IMG/VR virus record: IMGVR_UViG_3300031746_000003
Coordinates: 56,345 to 120,344 of that record
Strand: one strand, 5' to 3'
DNA from: a virus
DNA: 64,000 bases
Each line of letters opens with the position of its first letter. The stretch's first letter is position 1. Shown here piece by piece: positions 38,492 through 46,989 of this stretch. The position numbers and the translations under genes are program-made. The notes beneath the pieces were generated by a model. It saw only the letters and a list, made by a program, of their open reading frames with translations. It was not told the origin of the DNA and searched no databases.

Positions 38492-39555
38492 TGATGAGCA
38501 AACTTAGTAGAGCTCTTGTGGACGTGACCAAGCTGGCCTCTCCAGTGACTGTAGCCAGTCTCTTCAGTCCTGAAGCTGCCAAACAGAATGCCATTGCTGA
38601 GCAGAAGGCACCTGTGGATTTCACACCCATCTCGAACCTGTCTGACCCTAAGACAGCAGCAGCAGCTCCACATGAACTTGCTGGCGGTGTACTTGGCGGG
38701 GCTATGGGGTACAACAAAGCTCGCGACCAAGGAGCTACTACGTTGCAAGCTCTTAAGCCTGCGGCCATGGGTGCTCTACTAGGTGTTGGGGCTGGTCGGG
38801 TTGGTGGGTTAGTCCTAGAGGGTCATGCCGCTAAGAAAGCTTTGGAGGCTGGCAAGGAACTGACAAAGAAAGCATACGTACAGCACATTGCATTGATTGA
38901 TGAGCTCAGCAAACTCAATGCTGTAGCTGACTACCAGCTAACAGCTATGCTAGCTAAGCAGGCTAGTAGTAGCCCTAAGATAGAGCTATCTGGTTTGGGT
39001 CTGCTAGCTGCTCCGTCTATCGATCAGCTGCAAGCACATGCGAGGGCTGGGATAGCTGGTGACAAAGACCCAGATGCAGTAACAAAACGGCAGTTCTTAC
39101 CAGACGTCGCTCACCCCATAGCTGAAGTATCAGGGTTAGGTTTATTGGCGGCGCCAGATCTAAAGAAACTGATAGCCAAGCATGCCGGTGAGTCGCACAA
39201 TAGTATAAGCGAAGAAGATGTTCTGTCGGCTGTTGATCGTCTAGAACACCTAGACAAGGTAAAGCCCACTCTTGGTACAGTGGGGCGTTTTGCTGGCCTT
39301 GGTGCTGTAACTGCCCCAGGTATTGCTATGTCGAGAGATCTAGTAGCTGGTAACAAGCAATTTCATGGGTGGAACCGCAAAGCACATGGGTTGTCTTTGG
39401 CAAAGGGCAGTAAGTTACGTAATGCAGCTGGGGTAGCTACTGGTGGGGCGCTAGCTGGTGGTGTTTTGCCTCTAGTGCAGAACGAGCTATCTAGAAGAAG
39501 CGAAAAAGGTAAGATACGAAAGTTTCTAGCGCAGAGTGTAGTGGACGATAAGTAA
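38491..39555 (+). CDS. Glycine-zipper protein with K-x-A motifs
   Basis: VTKLAS, DELSKLNA, LAKQAS, IAKHAG; repeated E(L/V)SGLGLLAAP. Confidence 0.7.
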   Translation: MMSKLSRALVDVTKLASPVTVASLFSPEAAKQNAIAEQKAPVDFTPISNLSDPKTAAAAPHELAGGVLGGAMGYNKARDQGATTLQALKPAAMGALLGVGAGRVGGLVLEGHAAKKALEAGKELTKKAYVQHIALIDELSKLNAVADYQLTAMLAKQASSSPKIELSGLGLLAAPSIDQLQAHARAGIAGDKDPDAVTKRQFLPDVAHPIAEVSGLGLLAAPDLKKLIAKHAGESHNSISEEDVLSAVDRLEHLDKVKPTLGTVGRFAGLGAVTAPGIAMSRDLVAGNKQFHGWNRKAHGLSLAKGSKLRNAAGVATGGALAGGVLPLVQNELSRRSEKGKIRKFLAQSVVDDK

Positions 39556-39556
39556 C

Positions 39557-40303
39557 ATGCCGTTCAAGTCGCAAGCACAGAGAAGATTTATGTACGCTAA
39601 ACATCCAGGTATTGCTGATCGGTGGCAAGAACATACCCCAGAAGGGGCACATCTTCCTGAGAAGGTGAGCTTCGCTTTGCTACACAAGTTAGCGGGTATG
39701 GCTCTTGCTGTACCTAAACTACCTAACCTCGCAGCTACGCCCAAGTTCGACATAGGTAAAGCTATTGCTGAACGTGTAGCAGCGATGGCTCTTGCTGTAC
39801 CTAAACCACCTAACCTCGCAGCTACACCCAAGTTCGACATAGGTAGAGCTATTGCTGAACATGTGCCAACTCAGGCGGCTACTTCCGGTTCTTTACAATT
39901 CTCGTCAGTAGCTAACAGAGCAAAGCCACCCCCCTTACCAAACAGAGTACCCGCGCCTCCAGCACGCGTACAAGCTGCTGCTGCACCAGCCGCAGGTATG
40001 CCGGCTGTTGGCCGTGTGCAACCACCGGGGCAGGCTGCGACTGTTAGAGACCCAAGTTCTGCTGGGCAAGTCCCTGGTATCGTACCCCCTCCTCCTGGGA
40101 TTGTAGCTTCTAGAGCTAGGCAACCTGCACCAACCTTAACAGCTGCCCCAAAAGGGTTCTCCTGGCCAGCAGCGGGAGAGTCTATGCCAATTGGTGATTT
40201 TGTAGCTTCTATGGGCAAGAGCAAATTTAGTTCTGTGCAGTGGAAATCATTTCTGACAGAGCTACATAAAGCGGCTGGGCAACAGCATGATAAAGCAAGC
40301 TAA
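39557..40303 (+). CDS. Pro/Ala-rich protein with MPFKSQAQRRFMYAKHP N-terminal phage motif
   Basis: Recurrent small phage motif; LHKLAG, TELHKAAG; internal 29-aa duplication. Confidence 0.7.
   Translation: MPFKSQAQRRFMYAKHPGIADRWQEHTPEGAHLPEKVSFALLHKLAGMALAVPKLPNLAATPKFDIGKAIAERVAAMALAVPKPPNLAATPKFDIGRAIAEHVPTQAATSGSLQFSSVANRAKPPPLPNRVPAPPARVQAAAAPAAGMPAVGRVQPPGQAATVRDPSSAGQVPGIVPPPPGIVASRARQPAPTLTAAPKGFSWPAAGESMPIGDFVASMGKSKFSSVQWKSFLTELHKAAGQQHDKAS
39698..39865 (+). repeat. Tandem duplication, 87-bp period
   Basis: ATGGCTCTTGCTGTACCTAAAC...GCTATTGCTGAAC starts at 39698 and 39785 with few mismatches. Confidence 0.9.
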
Positions 40304-42014
40304 CTACCTACAATCTCCTAAGCAGTTAGCAGCACCCAAAGAACGAGTGCTATCTGCTATGCCTCCAGTAAAGAGCCTGGTGGTCAAGAGTGGTAGTGTC
40401 TTTGCTCCCTCTGCGTACAGTGCAGAATTTGGCCCGTTACCTGGCCTCTACGTAAGACCTAGTGGGATGCCCGCGTTTACTATGCCTGCTCTTGAGGTAG
40501 ATCCAAAGTACAAGAACAAACGTGCCTCTACATTTGCGGTATCTCAATACAGTGGTGCACTGGGGGGAGCTCCACATAAGTATCAGAGCGGTGTTCCACC
40601 TCTGACTATACCTCCGTTAGAAACGGCTAAGACGTCAGCAGATGAGGCCATAAACAGACAGCTGTTAAGAACAGATGACCTGGATGACCAAGCTAGGTCA
40701 CAAAAACATAGACTTATGGCTACTGGTGCAGCTGGTGCATTACCGTTTGCTGGGATGATAGGTCAAAAGAAAATCATCCATGACCCACTGCAGGGAGCTA
40801 AGGGTAAGAAGTACAGAACTATGCAAGACCTGTCTAGAGCTGCTCGGACAGGTGATGTCATCCTGACCACAAAACCTGAAGGTAGTTTCTTTAAGAACCT
40901 CATCGCCCCCATAAGCGGCAGTGAGTTTTATCATGCGCAGCCCGTTGTAGGACAAAGAGCTGGGTCTGGTCTTAGCTACGATACAGGCCACGCTATTAAT
41001 GAGTTAGAAGATGTTGGTACCAAGCGTCAGCAGGTAAAAGAACTGCGAAAGAATGCCCCCAGCGTGGCTAAGAGCGTACGTGGTAATTACCCAGATGTTA
41101 TGCTGCTTCGCCCTAAGAAGCAGCTAACAGCTCGTCAAGCTAAGGTGTACCAAGACGAAGCACTACTTAGATCAGCTGGGATCTATGACACTCCTAAGGC
41201 GATATCGTCATGGGTTAAGGAAGTCATGGTCCCCAAGATCCATGGTGTTACTGACCGAGGACCACAGACTATCTGTGAAGGCAACATCTGCTCTACTGCA
41301 CCAGCCATGGCTATGCATAAGGCCACAGGTACTGAAGTAGTGCCGGGTAAACGCGCACAAGATGTATTTCCAAGTGACTACCTGCGTTCTGAGAACTATG
41401 AGTTAGTTGGGCACAGGCTACAGAACGCTTCTAGGTATGCTAGAAAAGGAAAGCTGAATCGTGTCTTGACACCTATTGCTACCAGAGGAGCTATGGGTGC
41501 TACTCTTGCGGGCACTACTTATGGTGTTAGCGGAGATCCAGCTATAGGTGGCTCAGTTGCTGGTGCGCTAGGAGCTAGCGCAGTTGCAAATGCAGCGGCT
41601 AAAAGTAAATGGGGGCTGGATAGTGCTAAACATTTACCTGGTATAGGTGACGCCGCTAGCCTACTGACAACAGAAGATGCTGGTGGGCAGGCGTTGATGA
41701 AACGGCGTTTACTGACGCGTAGACTACCTGTAGTTGCCGGGGGAGCTGCTCTTGGCTATCTAGGCACTAAGAAGCTGAGAGAAAAAGCACTAGAGTTTCG
41801 AGATAGAAAAAAGCAAGCCGCTTTAAAGGCAGCTTCTATTATGACTCCTCTGGGGCAGCTGCATAAAGCCCAGGCTGTGGGAGCCCCCGGTGTGCCAGCA
41901 GCACCTGGACCCAGTATCGCTCAGCAAAGCAAGCCCGTAGGCTTTGGTGTCCCTATGTCTGGAGCTGTTGGAGCTGGAGCTATAGGTGGCGGCTCTAAGA
42001 CTTTGGGCGTTTAA
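40287..42014 (+). CDS. K-x-A motif protein with a permuted papain-like NlpC/P60 (YiiX/YebB-like) domain
   Basis: ARTGDVILTT...SGSEFYHA (His) ... YDT ... NICSTAPA (Cys) ... VFPSDYLRS; glycine zippers. Confidence 0.7.
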   Translation: MIKQANYLQSPKQLAAPKERVLSAMPPVKSLVVKSGSVFAPSAYSAEFGPLPGLYVRPSGMPAFTMPALEVDPKYKNKRASTFAVSQYSGALGGAPHKYQSGVPPLTIPPLETAKTSADEAINRQLLRTDDLDDQARSQKHRLMATGAAGALPFAGMIGQKKIIHDPLQGAKGKKYRTMQDLSRAARTGDVILTTKPEGSFFKNLIAPISGSEFYHAQPVVGQRAGSGLSYDTGHAINELEDVGTKRQQVKELRKNAPSVAKSVRGNYPDVMLLRPKKQLTARQAKVYQDEALLRSAGIYDTPKAISSWVKEVMVPKIHGVTDRGPQTICEGNICSTAPAMAMHKATGTEVVPGKRAQDVFPSDYLRSENYELVGHRLQNASRYARKGKLNRVLTPIATRGAMGATLAGTTYGVSGDPAIGGSVAGALGASAVANAAAKSKWGLDSAKHLPGIGDAASLLTTEDAGGQALMKRRLLTRRLPVVAGGAALGYLGTKKLREKALEFRDRKKQAALKAASIMTPLGQLHKAQAVGAPGVPAAPGPSIAQQSKPVGFGVPMSGAVGAGAIGGGSKTLGV

Positions 42015-42039
42015 CAAATTCTACAGTTCGTAGGTATAA
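42014..42039 (+). promoter_or_regulatory. Phage-type promoter variant ACAAA-N14-GG-TATAA
   Basis: Spacer one base shorter than the other copies. Confidence 0.45.
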
Positions 42040-42044
42040 CGGCT

Positions 42045-42653
42045 ATGAGGCCTAATACCATGAACAATGTAGCTAAGGCGTTTGCCGTAGCTCTCAAATT
42101 TAAGGAGAGCACTGATGCTGTGCTCTATGAAGCAGAGCAATCCGCTTTTGAGGACTTACTAGCCCGCTGTGACGTAGCTGTCATAACACCTAGGGTAGAG
42201 CGGTTAAGGGCGTTCTACTGCGTAGAGTACCTGTACTGGTACCTCGGCCCAACATTGGGGTTGAACGTAGCTGACCTACTAGGCCCATGGGACGTAACGA
42301 AAGACTTCAAACGGTCACGCGTAGGGTTAACCGAGCTGGTGGGTAAATTACAAAAGGTAGCTGATGAAGTAGTCATTAGAAGTACCGAGCTATCGTTCGC
42401 TAGCCCACGTACTTCATCTGTATCTACTGGCAGTTATCTCTCCGCTAACTTACTACAACGTAAGTCCTCAGTACTTGCTGCTCTAGGGGCCGCAACACTA
42501 CTGCGTGTAAAACTACGAGGGCCGATAGATGGTATCCACGTTATCGGGGCTACTGCGGCTACCTGCATAATCACGACAGCTACCTTCAAGTTAAAGATGC
42601 TGCGTGACTTATTAGCCATTGATGAAAGGAACGCTCTAAGACCATGGACTTAG
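42045..42653 (+). CDS. Hypothetical protein
   Basis: Clean ORF after the promoter motif. Confidence 0.55.
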   Translation: MRPNTMNNVAKAFAVALKFKESTDAVLYEAEQSAFEDLLARCDVAVITPRVERLRAFYCVEYLYWYLGPTLGLNVADLLGPWDVTKDFKRSRVGLTELVGKLQKVADEVVIRSTELSFASPRTSSVSTGSYLSANLLQRKSSVLAALGAATLLRVKLRGPIDGIHVIGATAATCIITTATFKLKMLRDLLAIDERNALRPWT

Positions 42654-43096
42654 TAGACGAACGAATCCCAGGTATGACGTTCTATCTAGAAGAAGCTACC
42701 ATCTCAGATACTGCTAGCGCATATCACCAGAACTACGTAGGCAAAGTAGTACTGAGTGCTCAGGTATCCACGGAGGGGTATGCTGCCGGTATGTGGGAGG
42801 AGCTGGTAAAGAGGCTAGAGTGCTGGCGGGTGTATTCCTCCAACGATGTTAAAGAGGAACTTATCTCTATGCTTCAGGATGACCTGAAGAAACACAATGA
42901 GCAGCACCTGGCTAAGGTAACCGATTTATCAGACAAGCTAGCCAGGGTCAGGTTAGACAAAGACCTAATTTCTGGGGAGCTCGCTAAGACTAAGGCGGTT
43001 CTGGCGGCTACAGCGGCCCCGTTAGCTCGTTTGGCTGCTTTAGAGGCAGACCTTTCACAACTACTTGATGGGGTGGTATCATCGAACCATGGCTAA
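42644..43096 (+). CDS. Coiled-coil protein
   Basis: Heptad-like C-terminal half. Confidence 0.6.
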   Translation: MDLVDERIPGMTFYLEEATISDTASAYHQNYVGKVVLSAQVSTEGYAAGMWEELVKRLECWRVYSSNDVKEELISMLQDDLKKHNEQHLAKVTDLSDKLARVRLDKDLISGELAKTKAVLAATAAPLARLAALEADLSQLLDGVVSSNHG

Positions 43097-43565
43097 TCAG
43101 TCAATCAACCTGTCCAGTGATAGTGTTACTCATGGCGACCCGTCTGAGTTCTACAACCTGCTAAAGCAGGCGGTAGACATCAATCCGAGTACGTCGGTAG
43201 ATACCAGCGATGAGCAGCGCTCAACTGTGGGGACTACGTCCATAGTTAAGAACCCTCCTGACAGGCCGACTGGTACTACTGACGCCCCATGGGGAGAGCC
43301 AGGTCCAAAAGACCCCTATCACAACAGCACTGGGGCGCATAAGAACAGCATAGAGACGCGCCAGGGGGAGCTAAGCCGGGCTTTCTCTGGTACTCAGCAA
43401 GCTGGTGCTGCACAGAAGGCTGATGTCAGCCAGCAGCTAAGCCACGCAGCCAGTGGTGACTTCGAAGCACACTCTGCCCTGCTCCAGCCGAAAGGCAAGC
43501 TCAAGGTGTCTCACCCGAGGGCGCAGACGCTAGCTCAGCAGGTGAACAAAGTCATAGGACGATGA
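43089..43565 (+). CDS. Disordered K-x-A motif protein
   Basis: EFYNLLKQAV; ATG 43089. Confidence 0.65.
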   Translation: MANQSINLSSDSVTHGDPSEFYNLLKQAVDINPSTSVDTSDEQRSTVGTTSIVKNPPDRPTGTTDAPWGEPGPKDPYHNSTGAHKNSIETRQGELSRAFSGTQQAGAAQKADVSQQLSHAASGDFEAHSALLQPKGKLKVSHPRAQTLAQQVNKVIGR

Positions 43566-44305
43566 CCAATCCATTAGACGATTACCTCACAGAGAAAACA
43601 AAGACAGCTACTGACCGCAACACAGAAGACTTACAGCATTGGGAGCATTGGATGAAGAATCCAACGCCTGCCAAGCTAGACCCGTTAATGAAGCGCTTTG
43701 AACCGCTGATTAACCAGAAGGTTCGACTGTGGAAGGCTCCTAACGTACAGGAGTCAGCGCTGCGTGCTCATATGATGGGGCAGGCTATCAAGGCTTTCGA
43801 AACCTATGATCCTGCTCGTGGGACTAACCTCAATACCCATGTGGGTAACAGGCTCAAGAAGAGTCTCAGATTCGTCTACAGGACTCAGAACCTAGCTGCC
43901 ATCCCTGAGCCCAAGACCAGGCTCATAGGCGCTATAAACGGTGCTAGAGAGCAGCTAAAAGAAGACCTGGGTAGGGACCCCACTCACCAGGAAATAGGGA
44001 CTCATCTTGGTATAACGGCCAAGATGGTCAACAACGTGCAAAAGGCTCAGATGAAGGATGTTATAGGGAGCACTTTTGAGAGTGACCCTGTGCCTAAAGC
44101 ATCACCTAGGTCTCAAGAGGTCATCAGTCTGCTTCGACCCACGCTGTCGTTAGAAGAGCAAGCGGTGTTTGACCATGTATTTGGGTATGGTGGTAAGCAG
44201 ACCATCACATCCACAAATAAGTTGGCGGATAAGTTAGGAAAATCGCCATCTCAGGTCTCACGCTTGAAATCCAGCATTATAGATAAGTACAATCAATACC
44301 TGTAG
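43562..44305 (+). CDS. RNA polymerase sigma factor, group 3 (FliA/WhiG/SigB-like)
   Basis: Region 2 AIKAFETYDPARGTNLNTH, region 3 EQLKEDLGRDPTHQEIGTHLGI, region 4 LSLEEQAVF...KLADKLGKSPSQVSRLK. Confidence 0.88.
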   Translation: MTNPLDDYLTEKTKTATDRNTEDLQHWEHWMKNPTPAKLDPLMKRFEPLINQKVRLWKAPNVQESALRAHMMGQAIKAFETYDPARGTNLNTHVGNRLKKSLRFVYRTQNLAAIPEPKTRLIGAINGAREQLKEDLGRDPTHQEIGTHLGITAKMVNNVQKAQMKDVIGSTFESDPVPKASPRSQEVISLLRPTLSLEEQAVFDHVFGYGGKQTITSTNKLADKLGKSPSQVSRLKSSIIDKYNQYL

Positions 44306-44331
44306 CAGGACTGTACAAAACGTAAGAAGTC

Positions 44332-44369
44332 GAAACGGCGCTTGGTGACCCCAGGCGCCGTTTCCTTTT
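44332..44369 (+). terminator. Strong hairpin plus T-run after the sigma gene
   Basis: GAAACGGCGCTTGG...CCAGGCGCCGTTTC-CTTTT; abuts the RBS of the next gene. Confidence 0.65.
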
Positions 44370-44382
44370 GGAGGGAACAACA

Positions 44383-45534
44383 ATGGATTTATTTGAATTG
44401 GCAGCTCAGCCAAGTGCTGAAGCTGTACGTGCAGTTGAAACGCTACACAAGAAACTAGTGGTAGGCGAGGTTATGGGCGGTGAGCTCATAGCTAAAGTCA
44501 GCTCTATGGTGATACGGGACAAGCTTGTACCACCTAAGGCTATGGAGTTTCTGCCATTCAACGGTACGGGTACTGACGGTATTCGTATCATGTATGGCGG
44601 CCTGGCTCACAGTATCCACAACCATGCATTGAACCAGCTTGCTAGCACAGCAGGCATACCGAAGATGTTCGTTACCAGGCTGGTATCGGGTGAGCCTTGG
44701 GAGCGTGAGCTGCTGGTAAAGAACTTTGAGGAGATCTATCACAAAGCCGCATTCAAGGGCCGACGTGACGCAGCTCCTATGTTCTTGCACCGTATCGTGG
44801 GTAGTGAGCTGCGTGGGTTTCTTAGCCGTAGCTATAACAGGTACCTAGCTAGTGCCCCGCTACTCAGAGCTTACGTAGAGGCCTGCACAGCAGTGGGGGC
44901 AATACCCATTGACGCAGTAGCTAGTGACATCCGCATCAGTTTGAAGTGCTACCTACCACATGTGTTCGAGCCAGTGCCTAACGAGTTCGTAGGTATTGGT
45001 GTGAACTGGACCAACTCAGACTTCGGGTCGGGCAGGCTGAAGGTAAGTCTCAGCGTCATGCGTATCTCCTCAGGTACCATGGCTGTGTGGGAGGACAAGA
45101 TCAGTAGGGTGCATCTAGGGTCCGTCATTCAAGAGTCCGATATCGAGATATCGGATGAGACTGCTATCAAGGAAGTAGAAGCTCAGTCCTCTGCTATCCA
45201 TGATGCTGTACGTGGGCAGCTATCCCCTGAGGCTGTTGCACAAGTATTAAAGGTCATCAGTATCGCTCATGAGGAAGAGATACCCTGGCACAAGCTAAAG
45301 GCCATGTTTGGCCAGCTACTCACTAAGAAGGAGTTGGAGTTGGTAGAGACCATGCTTAAGGCTGGTAACTCTGACATCATCGATCTTCCACCAGTGGGCG
45401 TGAAGGGTGATACACCCGTAGCTACTAGGTGGTGGGCAGCCAACGTACTTGGGTATGTGGCCTCTAGCGAGAAGAGTGCAGATCGTAAGTTGGATTTACA
45501 GGCGCTGGCTGGTGAGGTAATGGACGCAGCGTGA
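44383..45534 (+). CDS. DUF932-like phage/plasmid protein
   Basis: GGAGGG RBS; HNHALNQLAS..GIP...RGFLSRSY and NSDFGSGRL motifs. Confidence 0.6.
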   Translation: MDLFELAAQPSAEAVRAVETLHKKLVVGEVMGGELIAKVSSMVIRDKLVPPKAMEFLPFNGTGTDGIRIMYGGLAHSIHNHALNQLASTAGIPKMFVTRLVSGEPWERELLVKNFEEIYHKAAFKGRRDAAPMFLHRIVGSELRGFLSRSYNRYLASAPLLRAYVEACTAVGAIPIDAVASDIRISLKCYLPHVFEPVPNEFVGIGVNWTNSDFGSGRLKVSLSVMRISSGTMAVWEDKISRVHLGSVIQESDIEISDETAIKEVEAQSSAIHDAVRGQLSPEAVAQVLKVISIAHEEEIPWHKLKAMFGQLLTKKELELVETMLKAGNSDIIDLPPVGVKGDTPVATRWWAANVLGYVASSEKSADRKLDLQALAGEVMDAA

Positions 45535-45571
45535 GCACTAAACATGGTATAAGACCAGTGGATAGCTAACG

Positions 45572-45751
45572 ATGCAACCATACCAAATCATGAAAATACT
45601 GGACCTAGCTTGGGCAGTAGATCCAGATCAAACAGTGACTGAGCTACTGTCCATGATTGAGGTGGCTGAGAAGGAAGGAAAGACGATAAGCGTCGGTGTC
45701 CTTCGTCAGTTCTTAGGGACGTTAGCCAGCGGTGGTAAACTTTGTGAGTGA
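45572..45751 (+). CDS. Small hypothetical protein (59 aa), not in ORF track
   Basis: MQPYQIMKILDLAWAVDP...GKLCE; TGGTATAA upstream, hairpin downstream. Confidence 0.55.
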   Translation: MQPYQIMKILDLAWAVDPDQTVTELLSMIEVAEKEGKTISVGVLRQFLGTLASGGKLCE

Positions 45752-45753
45752 CT

Positions 45754-45791
45754 GGTAGGGGTCTAGCAGTTGCTGGACCCCGCCTTTTAGC
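45754..45791 (+). terminator. Intrinsic terminator-like hairpin ending TTTTAGC
   Basis: GGGGTCTAGC-AGTT-GCTGGACCCC-GCC-TTTTAGC. Confidence 0.7.
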
Positions 45792-45812
45792 CATAGGTGC
45801 AAGGAGAATGTT

Positions 45813-46469
45813 TTGACATTAAGTCGTGAACAAGAAGAAGGTATAAACCGCATCATGTACTCAGATGCTCATTACATCATGGGTATCGACGAGGTAGGTT
45901 ACGGGCCACTAGCTGGCCCGCTAACAGTAGCTGCTATCACCTACAGTAAAGGGTGGAGTCATGCTGATGTACGTGACTCAAAGAAGCTCTCTGCAAAGAA
46001 GAGAGAATCTCTTGAGCTCGACCTCACCATCGCAGCTATGGAAGTAAATATCGTAGATGTCTCACCGGCTGACATCGATAGATTGAACATCTTCACGGTA
46101 CTACATGACGTGATAACCAGTATGGTGGCTACAGCTATGTTTAAAGCCCCCATTATTGTCGTTATCGATGGTAACTGGAAACCAGACGTAATTTACCCTG
46201 GAGTAGAGGTTATCTGTTTCCCCAAAGCGGATGATCTAGTTCCAGCGGTAAGTGCAGCTAGTATTCTAGCTAAGGTCCATCGTGATAAAATCATGCATGA
46301 TATGGCCATCAAGTACCCTGGGTACGGCTTTGAGACCAATGTAGGCTACGGCAGTAAAGTCCATATGAGCTCGCTAACGAAGCTGGGGCCTACGGCTATT
46401 CACAGAAAGAGCTTTGCACCAGTAGCTATAGCAGCTGCTCTCCATGTAAACTTAGGCCATGGCAACTGA
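45813..46469 (+). CDS. rnhB: Ribonuclease HII
   Basis: GIDEVGYGPLAGP, RDSKKLS, IDGN, KADDL..VSAASILAKV.RD, GYG...H, IHRKSFAP. Confidence 0.95.
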   Translation: MTLSREQEEGINRIMYSDAHYIMGIDEVGYGPLAGPLTVAAITYSKGWSHADVRDSKKLSAKKRESLELDLTIAAMEVNIVDVSPADIDRLNIFTVLHDVITSMVATAMFKAPIIVVIDGNWKPDVIYPGVEVICFPKADDLVPAVSAASILAKVHRDKIMHDMAIKYPGYGFETNVGYGSKVHMSSLTKLGPTAIHRKSFAPVAIAAALHVNLGHGN

Positions 46470-46680
46470 GAAAAGTACGTCTGAGCGTAACGCTCGGTTA
46501 GACGCGTTGCAGGTAGCCACTAAAGACTGGGCAGCTGGTAGAACAAAGTATCTAAACAAGCAGGTAGCCCTTCTCAAGAGAATACTGGCTGGCAGACCAG
46601 GCTCAGGAAAACTGGCCAACGCTGCTGTAGGTGCTGCCAACAAACTAGTAGTGGACGAGATAGACCAATTTCTAAAGTGA
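46459..46680 (+). CDS. Small basic helical protein
   Basis: Coupled ORF. Confidence 0.6.
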   Translation: MATEKSTSERNARLDALQVATKDWAAGRTKYLNKQVALLKRILAGRPGSGKLANAAVGAANKLVVDEIDQFLK

Positions 46681-46687
46681 GTAATGA

Positions 46688-46987
46688 ATGACAACAGGGC
46701 ATAAGATACTCGTCGAAGATCAGTTGGAAGCAAGTAAGCTGGTGGTGCTTCTACAACGTGCACATCAGTTAGCCGTATCACTACAGCTCCAAGCTTTAGA
46801 GGCACAAAAGCAAAAGTTACTAGTACAGCAAGAGATAGAGAACTTCCGTCAAAGAATCACAGCCAAGTATGGAGTAGATTTCTCTACGCATATGGTGGAC
46901 TGGGAAGGTGACGGAACTATCTCTAGGCGCCCAGACCCTGAAGTACCAAAGGTTGAGCAGCTAGAGCTGCCGTTGGAGCAAGAGTAG
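46688..46987 (+). CDS. Small coiled-coil protein
   Basis: Clean ORF. Confidence 0.6.
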   Translation: MTTGHKILVEDQLEASKLVVLLQRAHQLAVSLQLQALEAQKQKLLVQQEIENFRQRITAKYGVDFSTHMVDWEGDGTISRRPDPEVPKVEQLELPLEQE

Positions 46988-46989
46988 TA

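Noticed and set aside
45535-45794. Apparent ORF-free gap as an ncRNA, or minus ORF 45588-45794
   Set aside because: A 59-aa plus-strand ORF with promoter-like and terminator signals explains the region
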